DNA of 64,000 nt, from positions 14,260,001 to 14,324,000 of the forward strand of contig OX597824.1 in the NCBI GenBank assembly GCA_951406725.2, in the 5' to 3' direction. The DNA comes from Octopus vulgaris. Its lineage: Eukaryota. The position numbers and the translations under genes were made by a program. Under the pieces are notes generated by a model that worked only from the letters and a program-made list of their open reading frames with translations, was not told the origin of the DNA and ran no database searches. Positions 1 through 12,700 of this stretch are shown piece by piece (positions within the stretch are counted from its first letter, which is position 1; every line of letters starts with the position of its first letter).

Positions 1-244
1 TTGTATAAATGATTGAATGAAGAAATAAGAAAACTATTTAAAAAAAAAAACAAGAAAAAGAGCAAACAGCAATTAAGGGACAACTCCCTGAAGTGTCATC
101 ACTGAAATCGATATATTCAACTTGATTTGCTTTGTTTTTTTCTTAAAGGAGGAAATGACTATTTTATTTGTAATCTTTATCATCTTAATCAAAGGGTAGG
201 AAAACAGACAAACTTTGAGTTTAAGTATAATATACATAGATATA

Positions 245-246
<2 letters not shown>

Positions 247-316
<70 letters not shown>
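247..316. repeat. (TA)n microsatellite
   Basis: Direct reading; one of many TA/CA microsatellites in the window. Confidence 0.95.
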
Positions 317-319
<3 letters not shown>

Positions 320-805
320 GGTGCTCAGGCTAAATTTCTATATTTGACAGTTTGCATAAACGGAAAAGGAAACACAATATTCCATCCAAAAATAAAAGAA
401 TTTTTTAAAATTTGGTGCCCCAAATATGACTAAAATACTTCACCAGGTGGTGATATTAAGTTAGACGTAGACTGGGCCTATACTGGCCAAAACCTATCTA
501 AGGTTTATCAACAAGAATATGGCTGGGAGATATAAGTTTAATCCAAGTAGCTGACCCTCAGCTTCCACATAAGCCTCACGATGACTCCAGAGCCTGGCAC
601 GTGTGTTCTTCACTGTGTCCCAGGGAAGATCGTTGGATGCTGCCTTGATAGTGGCTACCAGCACAGCCTTAGTGTAGCAGACAGAATTGCTGGTCTTTCT
701 CAACCACACTCCATCCCCTCCCATATAGTAACCAATGGGATTACAATCAAGAGAATTAGGATGCCATCAAATTGGAGGTGGTAAAGTCATAGAAATTCTC
801 CAACA
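317..805 (-). mobile_element. Tc1/mariner-superfamily transposon remnant (3' part)
   Basis: TA|CAGGGTG terminus at 317; minus strand encodes decayed W(H)PNSLDCNPIGYY (cf. WPPNSPDLNPLDY) and C-terminal ...EAYVEAEG. Confidence 0.7.
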
Positions 806-806
806 A

Positions 807-940
807 GGCCGCGAGCTGGCAAAAACCTTAGCATGCCGGGGGAAATGCTTAGCGGTATTTTGTCTGCCGTTCTGAGTTCAAATTCTGCCGAGGTCAACTT
901 TGCCTTCCATCCTTTCAGGGTCGATTATATAAGTACCACA
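807..940 (+). mobile_element. tRNA-derived SINE, Nin-domain-like family
   Basis: GAGCTGGCA...GAGTTCAAATTC..GAGGTCAACTTTGCCTT motif recurring many times in the window. Confidence 0.75.
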
Positions 941-1029
941 TCTGACTATCACTCACTCCCACTCTCTTTGTTGTTTTAGTCTTCTTCTAACAGCGTGACT
1001 GACAAGGCACACATTCTTCCTCCTCCTCC

Positions 1030-1700
1030 TCACCATCATCATCACCAACATCATCATCACCATCATCATCACCAACATCATCATCACCAACATCATCATC
1101 ACTATCAACGTCCTCATTATCATCATCGCCATTATCATCACCATCATCATCATCATCACGTTCCCCATCATCATCACCATCATCATCATCATAATCATCA
1201 TCATCATCACCATCATCATTACCATCCCCATCATCATCATCACCATCATCACCATCCTCCTTCTCATCATCATCATCATCATTTTAACTTTTGCTCTCCA
1301 TGCTGGCATGGCTCAAACACTTTGACTGGAGCTGATGAGCCAAGGAACTGCACCAGGTTCCAGCCAGATTTTGGCATGGTTTCCGCAGCTAGGTGCACTT
1401 CCTAGTGCCAACCACTCAAGGAATATAAATAGATGCTTTTCCATGCCACTGGCACGGGTGCCATTTACATGACATTGGCAACGACCATGACCATGATCCA
1501 CGGGTAGGTGCCATTTATATGGAACCAGCAATGATCACAACTACAATGCATGGTTGGCATTTAGGGGGCACCGACAGCAAGAACAACCACAACAACAACT
1601 CACTAGCCCCCATTTACATGGCACTGGCAACGACCCCGACTACGGTGCACAGGTGCAATTTACATGGCACCAGGAAGGCCTCAACTACGATTTCACTTAA
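1030..1700 (-). mobile_element. SINE (Meta-domain-like, GGAAGGGCATCCAGCTGTAG family) with expanded (CAT)n tail
   Basis: (CAT)n at 1030-1281 followed by the reverse complement of the family body seen elsewhere in the window. Confidence 0.7.
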
Positions 1701-1704
1701 CACA

Positions 1705-4250
1705 ACATATTGCCAGAGCTCTCAGTCACTTGTCGTCATTTCTGAGAGGCCTAACGTTCGAAGATCATGCTTCCTCACCTCATTCCATGTCTTTCTGTGT
1801 CTACCTCTTCCACAGGTCCCTCCACAGTTAGGGATTGACTCTACTTTACACAGCTGTCCTCGTCCATATGCATCAAATGACCAAACCAATGCAGCCATCT
1901 CTCTTACACACCACATTTGATTCCCCTCATGCCCAGCTTTTCTCTTCAGACACTTACACTCTTATTTCTTTATTGCCCAGAAGGGGCTAAACATAGAAGG
2001 GACAAACAAGAACAGACAGAGGGATTAAGTCGATTAGATCAACCCCAGTGCATAACTAGTACTTAAGTTATTGACCCAAAAAGGATAAAAGACAAAGTCA
2101 ACCTTGGCGGAATTTGAACTCAGAACGTAAAGACAGACGAAATACCACTAAGCATTTTGCCCTGTGTGCTAACGTTTCTGCCAGCTCGCTGCCTTCATTG
2201 TGAGTGTGAGTACACTCTGTCGTACACACACTTTCACATTGCACATCCAGCGATGAATGCTAGCTTCATGTCTTTCAATCCTTTGCATGTCCTTGGCAGT
2301 CACAACCCATCTTTCACTGCCATGTTGCATAGCTGTTCATCCACAGGCATCATACAGTCTGTCTTTCACTCTGAGGGAAAGGTGTTTGTTACCAACAGAG
2401 GTAGGAGCAATCTGAACTTTGTTCATCCTATTTTTATTCTCACGGCTACACTCTCAGAGCATCCATCTCCCCTATTGACTTGGTCACCTAGATCAGTGCT
2501 TCTCAAAATAACTGATGTGGCGTACCGGCATTTTTCCACCAATGTGCCAGGGACCAGTTATTTAATTATTTTTTTTTAAATTTTTATCTAGTTTCAGCTC
2601 ACAAGCTGTGGCTATGCTGGGGCACCGCCATTTGGTGTTGCTACATGATTTTACTTCACGAATGCTTTTTAGCAATTGCCATTTGGTGCATGAGAGAGTT
2701 CGATATTTCTTAGTAATATTAATTTATACTGGAAACGATATGATAAATATAATAAAAGTTTTTTTTTTCATTTTATATTTATATATTTTATATTATTATA
2801 TAATTTATATATAGCACCATCCGTTTCGTGGCCGTTTGCCAACTCTGTCTGGCCCCCGTGTTAGTGACACGTAAAAGCACCATCCGTTGGTGTCCGTTGC
2901 CAGCCTCGCGCGGCCCCCGTGCTGGTGACATGTAAAAGCACTATCCATTTCGTGGCCGTTTGCCAGCTCTGTCTGGCCCCCGTGTTGGTGGCACATAAAA
3001 GCACCATCCGTTCGTGTCCGTTGCCAGCCTCGCGCGGCCCCCGTGCTGGTGACATGTAAAAGCACTATCCATTTCATGGCCGTTTGCCAGCTCTGTCTGG
3101 CCCCCGTGTTGGTGGCACATAAAAGCACCATCCGTTCGTGTCTGTTGCCAGCCTCGCCTGGCCCCCGTGCCGGTGACACGTAAAAGAACCATCCGTTCGT
3201 GGTCGTTTGCCAGCTCTGTCTGGCACCTGTGCGGGTGGCACGTAAAAAGCACCCACTACACTCACGGAGTGGTTGGCGTTAGGAAGGGCATCCAGCCGTA
3301 GAAACACTGCCAGATCTGACTGGGCCTGATGAAGCCTTCCAGTTTCACAGATCCCAGTTGAACCGTCCAACCCATGCTAGCATGGAGAACGGACGCTAAA
3401 TGATGATGATGATGATGATATTTTATGTTATATATTCATTTTCTATTTTCTATTTGTTTTTTTATTTTATATTTATTTTTTTATTTTATATTTATTTTGT
3501 AAAAAAATAATACAATATTACATAAGCATTTTATAATGTTTCTTTTCTGAACAAGCCACGTACTGGCAGCTGATGGCTCGTGAACCGGTGCCGGTCCACG
3601 GAGCACCACTTTGAGTTGCACTGACCTAGATAATGGAAGCTATCAGCTACCTCTCGCTTACCCATGTGCCATTTGATGGAGTCTATTTTCTGTACATTTG
3701 TGGTGTCTATTGTACCTGTGCACCTTCCCCCCAAAAAAACTGTTTTCCTTAGTGGCGCCAAGCTGGCAGAAACATTAGCACACTGGGCAAAATGCTTAGC
3801 AGTATTTCATCTGCCGTTACGTTCTGAGTTCAAATTCCGCCGAGGTCAACTTTGCCTTTCATCCTTTCGGGGTCGATTAAATAAGTACCAGTTACGCACT
3901 GGGGTCGATATAATCCACTTAATCCGTTTGTCTGTCCTTGTTTGTCCCCTCTGTGTGTAGCTCCTTGTGGGCAGTAAAAAAATAAGAAATGTTGACACGC
4001 CAGGCGAAATGCTTAGCAGTACTCCCTCCCCAAGATTTTGGGCCTTGTGCCTAGAGTAGAAAACAAAAACTGTTTTCCTTGTTCACCTTCCTCTGATATT
4101 GCTGCACCGCTTATGTGTCCATAGCTTACACCTGGTACATCCTATGCAGTTTATACCTATGCCTTTTCTACAGATCAAGAAGGGCCATATACCTGAGGGG
4201 ATTTATGATTTGTCCACTTTCCTACCTACAAGGACTTTGGCCTTTGGTTT
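1705..4250 (-). mobile_element. Decayed RTE-type LINE fragments interrupted by SINEs
   Basis: Minus-strand peptides GTCGRGRHRKTWNEVRKHDL and EVADSFHYLG; homologous to copies at 42330-43615 and 46905-48100. Confidence 0.75.
2813..3419 (+). mobile_element. Meta-like SINE with internal ~60-bp minisatellite expansion
   Basis: About 7 alternating units GCACCATCCGTT...GGTGRCACRTAAAA, then AGGAAGGGCATCCAGC body and (GAT)n tail. Confidence 0.8.
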
Positions 4251-4299
4251 TGGTATTTTATTATATGTAAGAAAATCCCTTCATCATCACCATCAACAG

Positions 4300-4620
4300 T
4301 AGCAGTCCTGGTAATAGTTGTAATGGTAGTAGTTATAATTGTGGTGTTGGTCGTTGTGGAGGTGGTAGTAGTAGTGGTCGTTGTGGAGGTGGTGATAATA
4401 GTAAGTGTAGTAGTTGTTAATAATAATGAATAACTGTGGTGGTGGTAGTAGTGGCAATTGTAATGGTAATAGTTGCAGCAGCAGCAGCAGTTAGACTAGT
4501 CGTAATTGTAATAGTAGTAGTAGTAGTAGTAATTGTGGTAATGGTGGTGGTGGTGGTGGTGGTAGCGGTAGTAGTAGTGGTGGAAGCAGTAGTGTTGGTG
4601 GTGGTAATCTTAGCAGGGGC
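4300..4620. repeat. (GGT/AGT)n low-complexity trinucleotide tract
   Basis: Direct reading; paralogous tract at 14760-14960. Confidence 0.9.
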
Positions 4621-5074
4621 AGTGTGTTACGTTAAAACACACAAACACACATCAGAGACAGGTGTGGTTTTGTGGTCTCAAGTCTTTATGCTGGTACACC
4701 ACAGATCTGAATGTTGAATTTCATGAGCTTCGGGCAACAGAATTACATATCAACCATTCGTTTAACTTCATTTGGAAACATCCAGTAGGTAAGAATTTCC
4801 ATTCCATCTGACATCTCTTTTTATATTTTTGCATTATTTGTCCCATTTTTAGAAATGTCATCATCATCATCATCATCATCATTGTTTTAATGTCCACTTT
4901 TCCAGGCTTGCTTGGCTCAGATACAACTTACTGAAGCAGGTTCTCCTGTTGCCAAACCTTGCCTGTATTCCAGCAATGGTGTTGCTTGTTTGACAATGGC
5001 ACTTGTTTACAACACACTGTCAAATCAAAGAAACGCAAACACACACATATACACTTATAATTGTTTGTGTGTGT

Positions 5075-5111
<37 letters not shown>

Positions 5112-5169
5112 GCTTCTTTCAGTTTCCATCAACCAACTCTACTCACAAGGCTTTCAGCCCTAAGCTATA

Positions 5170-5541
5170 TCTCTCTATATATAAACGGCAGTTTGTCTGT
5201 GTGTGTTTCTGTGTGTCTGTTTGGTTGTACCCTCACCCTGACCATGGCTTTCAACCGATTCTGATGAAACTTGACACACACATATCCCAATGTCATAATT
5301 CAAAACTAACGCAGCGAAAATTTTGAAAAGTTCCCCCAGTTCTGAAAAAAATCGATAAATTCGACATGGGGTCGAGAATCAGAAACACAAACCACAGACT
5401 GTCTAGGGGACGCAACTTGACCTTTTTAACTAAAAAAAAAATTTACCATCATTTTTTTTCCATTTTTTGGCTATAACTCTCTAAAAATGCTTTATAGTTA
5501 TTTCCCTTACTAACCCGAGCAACGCCGGGCGATACTGCTAG
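5170..5541 (+). mobile_element. Non-autonomous Helitron-type element
   Basis: A|TC start, 3' hairpin CCCGAGCAACGCCGGG then CTAG|T; absent from the paralogous site (~15790); identical 3' end at 22900-22928. Confidence 0.8.
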
Positions 5542-6843
5542 TATATATATATATACATATATATATATATTACATATAATAAAATGACTGTCACTGATAA
5601 AAGGAGGCTAACACAACAAACGGATTGGAAGTTTATTGACGGCAAAGATAACCACACACTCGCACACACAAACACACACTCACTGACATATGCACATATA
5701 TATATATTTACATACATAAATACACATACATACAACTTTTGCTTTTTATTTTCACAAATCGTTTATGTATATTTTGTGTATGCATGTGAGTGTGTATGTA
5801 TTGTATATGCATATTTGTGTATGTATGTATATTTTTATATGTTTGTAAAGGTCTGTGAGAAGACGGAGATGTACAATAAGCATCCCACCCCATTTGGTTT
5901 TGTTTGTTTTTTTGTGGGTATTTTCAAACAGAGCATGAAGTTAAACTTAAAATGTCTCTTCACATGCTAGAAATAACAGCCAAATCTCTTGAATTGTTTA
6001 ATAACATATAGACAAAAACGAAAATTGCTCCTGTAAAAAAAAAAGGGATTTTCGGCTGCTGCTGTGGAAATTTCAAAGTTTATTGAAAATTTTATAATTT
6101 GGTGTATTGATGTAGTTTTCCAAGCTGAATCTCAGGAGATATTTCACTTTACTAGAAAAAAATTTTTTTAAAGTTATAGAGATTTAAAGTTTGATAATTT
6201 TCACCCAATCAGGAAACAGGATTTTGAAGCTGTCATTTTATGCGTCATATGTTTTAATATGAAACTGTAAATAAATCAACTTCTGCTTTATGCACAACAT
6301 ATAACCCCACATAACTCTTCATTTTTTGAAATTTTCTGGAAATTTTTGTGAATTTGTTTTTTACACTCAGGAATTCATACAATTAGGTAAAAACCAAAAA
6401 AAAAAACTTGTGGGTGCATGATTCACATCTCTTGACCAGGGTACAAGCAGCAGATGGTCACAAATAGCAGAATACAGCTTCGATGCATATGCTTTTTCAT
6501 AGAATATATTTGTCAACACGTGCAATATCGCAGACAAAAAAGTTCTCATGTTTGGCTTGTTACTATGGAAACAGGATGGATCTTTTGGTTTGGTTGCCAG
6601 TTTTGGGAAAATTTTTTAATTTGACACATTGATATACTTGCCCAAACTGAATTGCTGGAGTTATTTCACTTTTTCCAGAAAAATGTTTTTTAAAAAATTA
6701 TAGAAATTTAAAATTTTGATCATTGTTGCCCAGACAGGAAACAAGATTTGGAAGCAGTCATTTTGTACCTGACTGCACATTTTGTCTTCAACATACTCAA
6801 TTTTGCATGTGTTGTCAAGAAAAAATAAACAACTCCTAGACAT

Positions 6844-7010
6844 AGGAGTGGCTATGTGGTAAGTAGCATGCTTACCAACCACATGGTTCTAGGTTCAGTC
6901 CCACTGCATGGCACCTTAGGCAATTTTTTTTACTATAGGTTCGGGCCGACCAAAGCCTTGTGATTGGATTTGGTAGACGAAAACTGAAAGAAGCTCGTCG
7001 TATATATGTA
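6844..7010 (+). mobile_element. tRNA-derived SINE (GGAGTGGCTGTGTGGTAAG family)
   Basis: A-box and B-box-like GGTTCAGTCC; paralog at 17254-17420. Confidence 0.75.
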
Positions 7011-7084
<74 letters not shown>

Positions 7085-7175
7085 AGTATCAGGTCAGTGG
7101 CACCCACTACACTCTTGGAGTGTTTGGCATCCAACTCATACCAGCATGGAAAATGGCATTGAATGATGAGGAGGA

Positions 7176-7219
<44 letters not shown>

Positions 7220-7887
7220 ATGTATGTGGGTTAATATCAAACAGTGAGGATGAGTGATCAATATTGCAGTAATGGATAAATATCACTTATTTGTAGGTTA
7301 ACAGGGCCACCAAAGTTTTCATGCAAAGAGATCTTCACAATTGTTCAAGCTTGCCACAAGAGAGTGTTGGTACTTGTCTCCATTTAGGATAGGAATATTC
7401 CTATCCAAAATAGAGATGTAGCATAATTTTGTAATATTTTTCAGCAGTACACAGGGAGCATATCTTGGAAACATTTATGAAAGGGTTAACATTGTCTATT
7501 AATGTCCAGTTTATATTTATATCAGTAACATTCTGACTTGAAATTCAAATTTGCATAATAGAGACATTCTATTTCATATTTAAATGTTACAGAAGTGTTT
7601 GTGTTGTCTTGCTTGTAGTTTAAATATAGGTTTTGGTAGTTTGTACTTTTTACAGTATTATTTCATTTTAGGCTGCATTTTTTTTTAACCAATTTTCTTT
7701 TAATGGACATAACTTTGATCTCTTGCAGTTGCATCTGTCTTCAATTGTAACTTTCTCTTATATATAGCTGTTTAAATCTTGGATGCTGAGCATTTTGCTT
7801 CTTGTACAGCTATGGACATAATTGTCATTCAGTAAATAACATGATACTCGTTTCTTTGTTTAGGTCACAGAATATCCAGTGAGAAAG

Positions 7888-9414
7888 ATGAACACGATGA
7901 GAACATTCAAACTCAGCTTCTTCTATTTAAGTCTATTGTCAATAAACCAACCAAGCAAAGCTGATAATATACTTTTCCTTTCAATGCCCGCTTTCAGTCA
8001 TGTTCAAAACCAGATTCATACAGCGATGAAATTGAATGCATATGGCCACACAAGTTACTTCTCATTACCACCTAAACTGATAACTGCTTTCAAGAATAAA
8101 GATGGTATTAAATTCATTCCTATTAAAGAAGACCAAAATGTAACTTCATTTGTTGAATTAGCAATCAAATTCTTTTTAAGAACAGAAGAAATTAGCTGGC
8201 TTCAACTAATACAGGTGACAAAAAATATGTGTGACAACTTCCTCTTAGACAATGATTGGTATCATTCTATAAAAGAACTAAATGCCTCTTTGGCAATTGT
8301 AGATTCTGTTTTCTTTAGTCAGTGTTTAGCTATTGTCCCATATAGGCTATCAATTCCATTTGTATTTCAGGGTTTGGTTTTTGGACCACCTTCTTTAAGG
8401 AGAGTTCCTTGGAATCCAGCCGTGTTTCCAGTACTTGATTCTAAATATTCTGATAAAATGACATTTTTCCAAAAGCTTAAAAACACTATTGCAACATATG
8501 GCTTTTATATCACTTCCCCCTTGGCTCCCCCATCAAAGAGTGTCAAGGAATATGCCCCAGAAACAAATGATATACCATTTGAAAGTGTTTTGCGAAAAGC
8601 TCAGTTATTCTTAACTGAGAGTGATCTGTTACTGAGTTATCCAAAACCCAGTCTCCCTTCTGAAGTATTTATTGGTGGAGTAGCAACTCATCCTGCATTG
8701 CCTCTACAAGGTGACATAAAGGAGTTTGTTGAAAGGTCTAAGCATGGAATCATCATTGTTACCTTTGGAAGTTACATAAATGCGCTACCAAAAGAGCATA
8801 TAGAGAAGATGGAGAAGGCTTTTAAAGAAATAAAGTATGATGTCATTTGGAAACGACCAGACTCAAAGCAATTAGCATCAAACATCCTCATAAAACAATG
8901 GCTGCCACAAAATGATCTTTTGGGTCATCCAAAAACAAAACTCTTCATCACACATTGTGGAAATAATGGTCAGTTTGAGGCTCTTTATCATGGAGTTCCA
9001 ATGCTCGGATTTCCGATATTTGCAGATCAGTTTCACAATGGCCATCAAATGCACGTAAAGGAATATGGAATTTCTATGGATATATATAATTACAATAAAG
9101 ATGAACTTGTATCAAACATTAACGAACTGATTGAGAATTCAAAATATAAAACTAATATAAAACTTGCCAGTGAAATATTTCATTCCCGTCCAGAACACCC
9201 AGCAGAAAGGGCTGCTCGGTATGTAGACCATGTGATAAAGTATGGCGGAGATTATTTAAGATCGCCCTCTCAAAATATGCCTCTTTACCAATTTCTCATG
9301 CTGGATATCTATGCTACATTTCTGGCTATAATCATAGCTGTTGTGTTGGTTGTTAAGTTTGTGGTTTCAAAATGTTATCGATGTTGTTTTGCGAAAAAGA
9401 AGAAAACGGAATAA
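7888..9414 (+). CDS. UDP-glucuronosyl/glycosyltransferase (GT1 family), intronless CDS, copy a
   Basis: 508-codon ORF from ATG 7888; signal-peptide-like N-terminus, FSH catalytic-His context, UGT signature WLPQNDLLGHPKTKLFITHCG...HGVP...DQ, C-terminal TM helix and dilysine KKKKTE; splice acceptor TTTAG ending 7863. Confidence 0.96.
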   Translation: MNTMRTFKLSFFYLSLLSINQPSKADNILFLSMPAFSHVQNQIHTAMKLNAYGHTSYFSLPPKLITAFKNKDGIKFIPIKEDQNVTSFVELAIKFFLRTEEISWLQLIQVTKNMCDNFLLDNDWYHSIKELNASLAIVDSVFFSQCLAIVPYRLSIPFVFQGLVFGPPSLRRVPWNPAVFPVLDSKYSDKMTFFQKLKNTIATYGFYITSPLAPPSKSVKEYAPETNDIPFESVLRKAQLFLTESDLLLSYPKPSLPSEVFIGGVATHPALPLQGDIKEFVERSKHGIIIVTFGSYINALPKEHIEKMEKAFKEIKYDVIWKRPDSKQLASNILIKQWLPQNDLLGHPKTKLFITHCGNNGQFEALYHGVPMLGFPIFADQFHNGHQMHVKEYGISMDIYNYNKDELVSNINELIENSKYKTNIKLASEIFHSRPEHPAERAARYVDHVIKYGGDYLRSPSQNMPLYQFLMLDIYATFLAIIIAVVLVVKFVVSKCYRCCFAKKKKTE

Positions 9415-9737
9415 ACAGAAGCAATGTTATTGTAACTGACTGGTGAGGCAATGAGCTGGCAGAATTGTTGCTATGCTGGTCAAGATGCTTAGCAGTATTG
9501 CCATTCGTCTTTATGTTCTGAGTTCAAACTCCATCAAGTTTGACTTTGCCTTTCATCCTATCAGGTCGATAAAATAAGTACCAGTTGTATTCTGGATTCA
9601 TTGTAATCGACTACTACCCTCACCCCAAAATTTCAGGCCTTGTGCCTATTGTAGAAAGGATTTTAAAAACTGACTGATCTCATCAAAATATTCTTATTCA
9701 ATATAATATTTCTTAACATTTCGATTGTCAGATTAAA

Positions 9738-11000
9738 TCTGGCTGAGTAAAAAGTAAGCAACGTTTTTCAAACATGAAATTTGCCACAATATATTTCAAC
9801 AATGCGGAAATTTTATTCATCAGAGTAAGTAGCATTACAATCAACACGTTTTAGCCAACGAATTACAAGTTTGTTTATTCCTGTAACATAAAAATGCGGA
9901 GTTCTGGGACTGGTGAACTCTTTGAATGTAATTTCAGCATCGGCTTGATTTTTGAACTCCCACAGGAAAATATCAAGGTGCTTATAAAAGTGGCAGGCAG
10001 TAGGAGAAAGGTCTGAGGAATAAGCTGGGTGGGGAGGAACTTTGTAGCCAAGTTCCCTCAACTTCAGGAGTGTCATTAGTGAAACATCTGGTCAAGCATG
10101 TCCTTGAAGAATGATTGGCTCTCTTCTGTTGACCAGTCTGGGATGGTGGAGTGGCAGTTTTTCATTCAATTTACCGACTTCATGGCAATATGTTTCTGCA
10201 GTAATGGTTTTTTGTGGTTTCTAAGAAGTTATAGTCGATAAGTCTAGCAGTACAGCACCAAACACTCTTTTTGAAGGGCTCGGGTTTAGAGAAGGTTTTC
10301 TGTGCTTCATTTTGGTCCAAAAACTGTGAAGAACAATTTTTATAATTGTACAGAATCCACTTTTCATCACAAGTTACAAAATGGTTGAAGAATGGACAGC
10401 TCTAGCAACAAAGAAGTGACAAGCAAATTTCATATCTGCGCATTTTCTGATTTTCATTCAAATCATGTGGTACCCAATTGTCAAGCATTTTGTGATTTTC
10501 CAATCGCATGCAAATGGTTGTAGGCAGTTTCCTGGCTAACTGGAAGTTCTTTTGGCAGTTCTTGAGTGGTTTTATGTGGATCTTTCTCAATGACTGTCTT
10601 TTATCATCGGTGACAGCTGGGCATCCATTATGCTCGCAATCTTCAAGGCTCAGGTTTCCACTAACAAATCAGTCAAACCATTTTCGAGCTGACCACTCAC
10701 TGGTCATTTCCTCACCAATCATTTCTTTGATATTGCGAGCAGTTTCAGCTGCTTTACATCCTTTTCCGAAGTTGAATTGCAAAATTACTTGAACTTCACA
10801 CTCTGACAGTTCCATTTCAGACGATCGTAACAACAGTGAAAAGTATATCACTGTAAATTTATTGATGCATTTGGGCAAGTCTATGTCTGTATTATCAGAC
10901 AGTTGCAAAAAAAATGTTTAAAAAGAAATTCAGAACTCTGCAAATATCTGGTACAAATTCTTCATGGTTCAAAACGTTGCTTAATTTTTACTCAACCTGA
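9738..11000 (-). mobile_element. Full-length decayed mariner transposon
   Basis: ~30-bp imperfect TIRs (TCTGGCTGAGTAAAAAGTAAGCAACGTTTT / AAAACGTTGCTTAATTTTTACTCAACCTGA|TA); fragmented ORFs with WVPHDL and HPAYSSDLSP motifs. Confidence 0.9.
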
Positions 11001-11019
11001 TAAAATGGAATAGGTAAAT

Positions 11020-11240
11020 ATTTACTACTGCCCACAAGGGGCTACACACAGAGGGGACAAACAAGGACTGACAAATGGATTCAGTCGATTATATTGACCC
11101 CAGTGCGTAACTGGTACTTATTTAATCAACTCCGAAAGGATGAAAGGCAAAGTCGACCTCGGCGGAATTTGAACTCAGAACGTAGCAACAGAGGAAAAAC
11201 CACTGTGCATTTCGCCCGGCATGCTAACGTTTCTGCCAAC
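11020..11240 (-). mobile_element. Nin-like SINE
   Basis: Reverse complement of the family at 33211-33884. Confidence 0.8.
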
Positions 11241-12092
11241 ACGACTACTACTACTACTACTATTACTACTAACGCTACTACCATCACTACTGCTGTGACA
11301 ATCACAGCTACCGGCTGGTTACATGTAACAGTAGCTATTCAGTATCAAGTCACAGTTGTGCCAAATGTATTCAGACAACATTTATGTATGTGTGGAGAAC
11401 TGTTGTGCCTCAGTTCTGCATATATTTGTCACCCCTGCAGTGACTCCTTCTACACTTTTCTGAATTTTCTACCAATGTAGTAACCCTACACAAGAGGATT
11501 TGTTACTTATTCTGTCAGTCTGCTGTGCTGAACCACTAAGTTACAGGGTCAGACACACACACAGAGACACACGCACATACATACATACACACACACGTGT
11601 GTGTTTGTGTATAAAAGCATATGAATTCACATGTTCAACTATTTTTGTTCTATTTACAGTTTGTTTTATTTCATCGGTTTTCAATCAACCAACCGTAACC
11701 GAGACAAAGAAATTCAAAAATATTATTAACCAATTAGATTAAGTAAATGATTAAAAAATAATCCCTCCCCAATCCTCGTAAGATTTAAACTACTCCAATA
11801 TTAATAAACAATGGAGAAGATAGATTACCACGTTTCTCCCTTTGTCTGCGAATTATCTTACATTCAAAAACATATAATACGTATACACATATTAGTATGT
11901 TTAAATGGAAAGATGGAGATGTACTCGCATAGCAAGTGATTTGATCTGAGATCGTGTGCTTGAACGAAAACAATTGCAGCGTGGAAGGTGTTTGTAAGCC
12001 ATTTAAGAAACACACAAAAGCCGTTCGATTCACTTCGACATTTAAGTTTAATTTGTCAAATTTCTTTAAATGGAAAGAAAAATATTTATAGG

Positions 12093-12139
<47 letters not shown>

Positions 12140-12574
12140 ATATATGTATGTGTGCATATGTATATATATGTGTTACTCATGTGTAAGCAGAATAATTTTG
12201 ACGTAACTGTAATATCTGTATGATATATTGATATATTAACTGTAAAATTTATATCCTTATTACTTTCATGAATATCTGTTTATATATTATATCATATTCT
12301 ATATTTTATATACTATATATTGTGAATAACAGAATAAATCAAATATTAATAATAATTATATTAGTAATAACTGAATATTATATATGCTTATGGATGTAGA
12401 TGTGTATATATATTTCAGTATGTATAAGTAGTAATGTATCACTATATATGTATGTATATTTATATATATATCTATATATATATGTGTGTGTGTGTGTACA
12501 AATGTGTGTGTATTTTGTTTATTTCATATGTATATATTTATATTTATTATTATAACTTAACATTTGTACTTTAT

Positions 12575-12700
12575 AATCTCTGACGGAGCCTAGAGATATA
12601 TACAAATACCTCATGTTCATCTACCTACTACCTCAATCCACTTGAGTAATATATGTAGAATGAGGTATTTTTATCTATTGTCTGAAACAGCTGTAAGTCA
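12575..12700 (+). ncRNA. Degenerate minimal hammerhead ribozyme motif (Penelope-type)
   Basis: CTGACGG, long stem (AAATACCTCAT/ATGAGGTATTT), GAAA-CAGCTG-TA with palindromic stem III; one core mismatch and weak stem I. Confidence 0.45.

Larger units (their letters stand above)
1283..9525 (+). repeat. Duplicated block, copy A (contains UGT-a)
   Basis: Colinear high identity with ~13947-19873 in both non-coding and coding sequence, apart from a few large indels. Confidence 0.92.

Noticed and set aside
953-1405. Poly-His and poly-Met ORFs
   Set aside because: Translation of an expanded (CAT)n SINE tail; no splice or codon evidence, and the tract is absent from duplicated copy B
2813-3245. CRISPR-like regularly spaced repeats
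   Set aside because: Whole units repeat with no unique spacers; eukaryotic SINE minisatellite, no cas genes
7879-7887. ORF-track GTG start for the UGTs
   Set aside because: Eukaryotic gene; in-frame ATG at 7888 (18236 in copy b) is the plausible start
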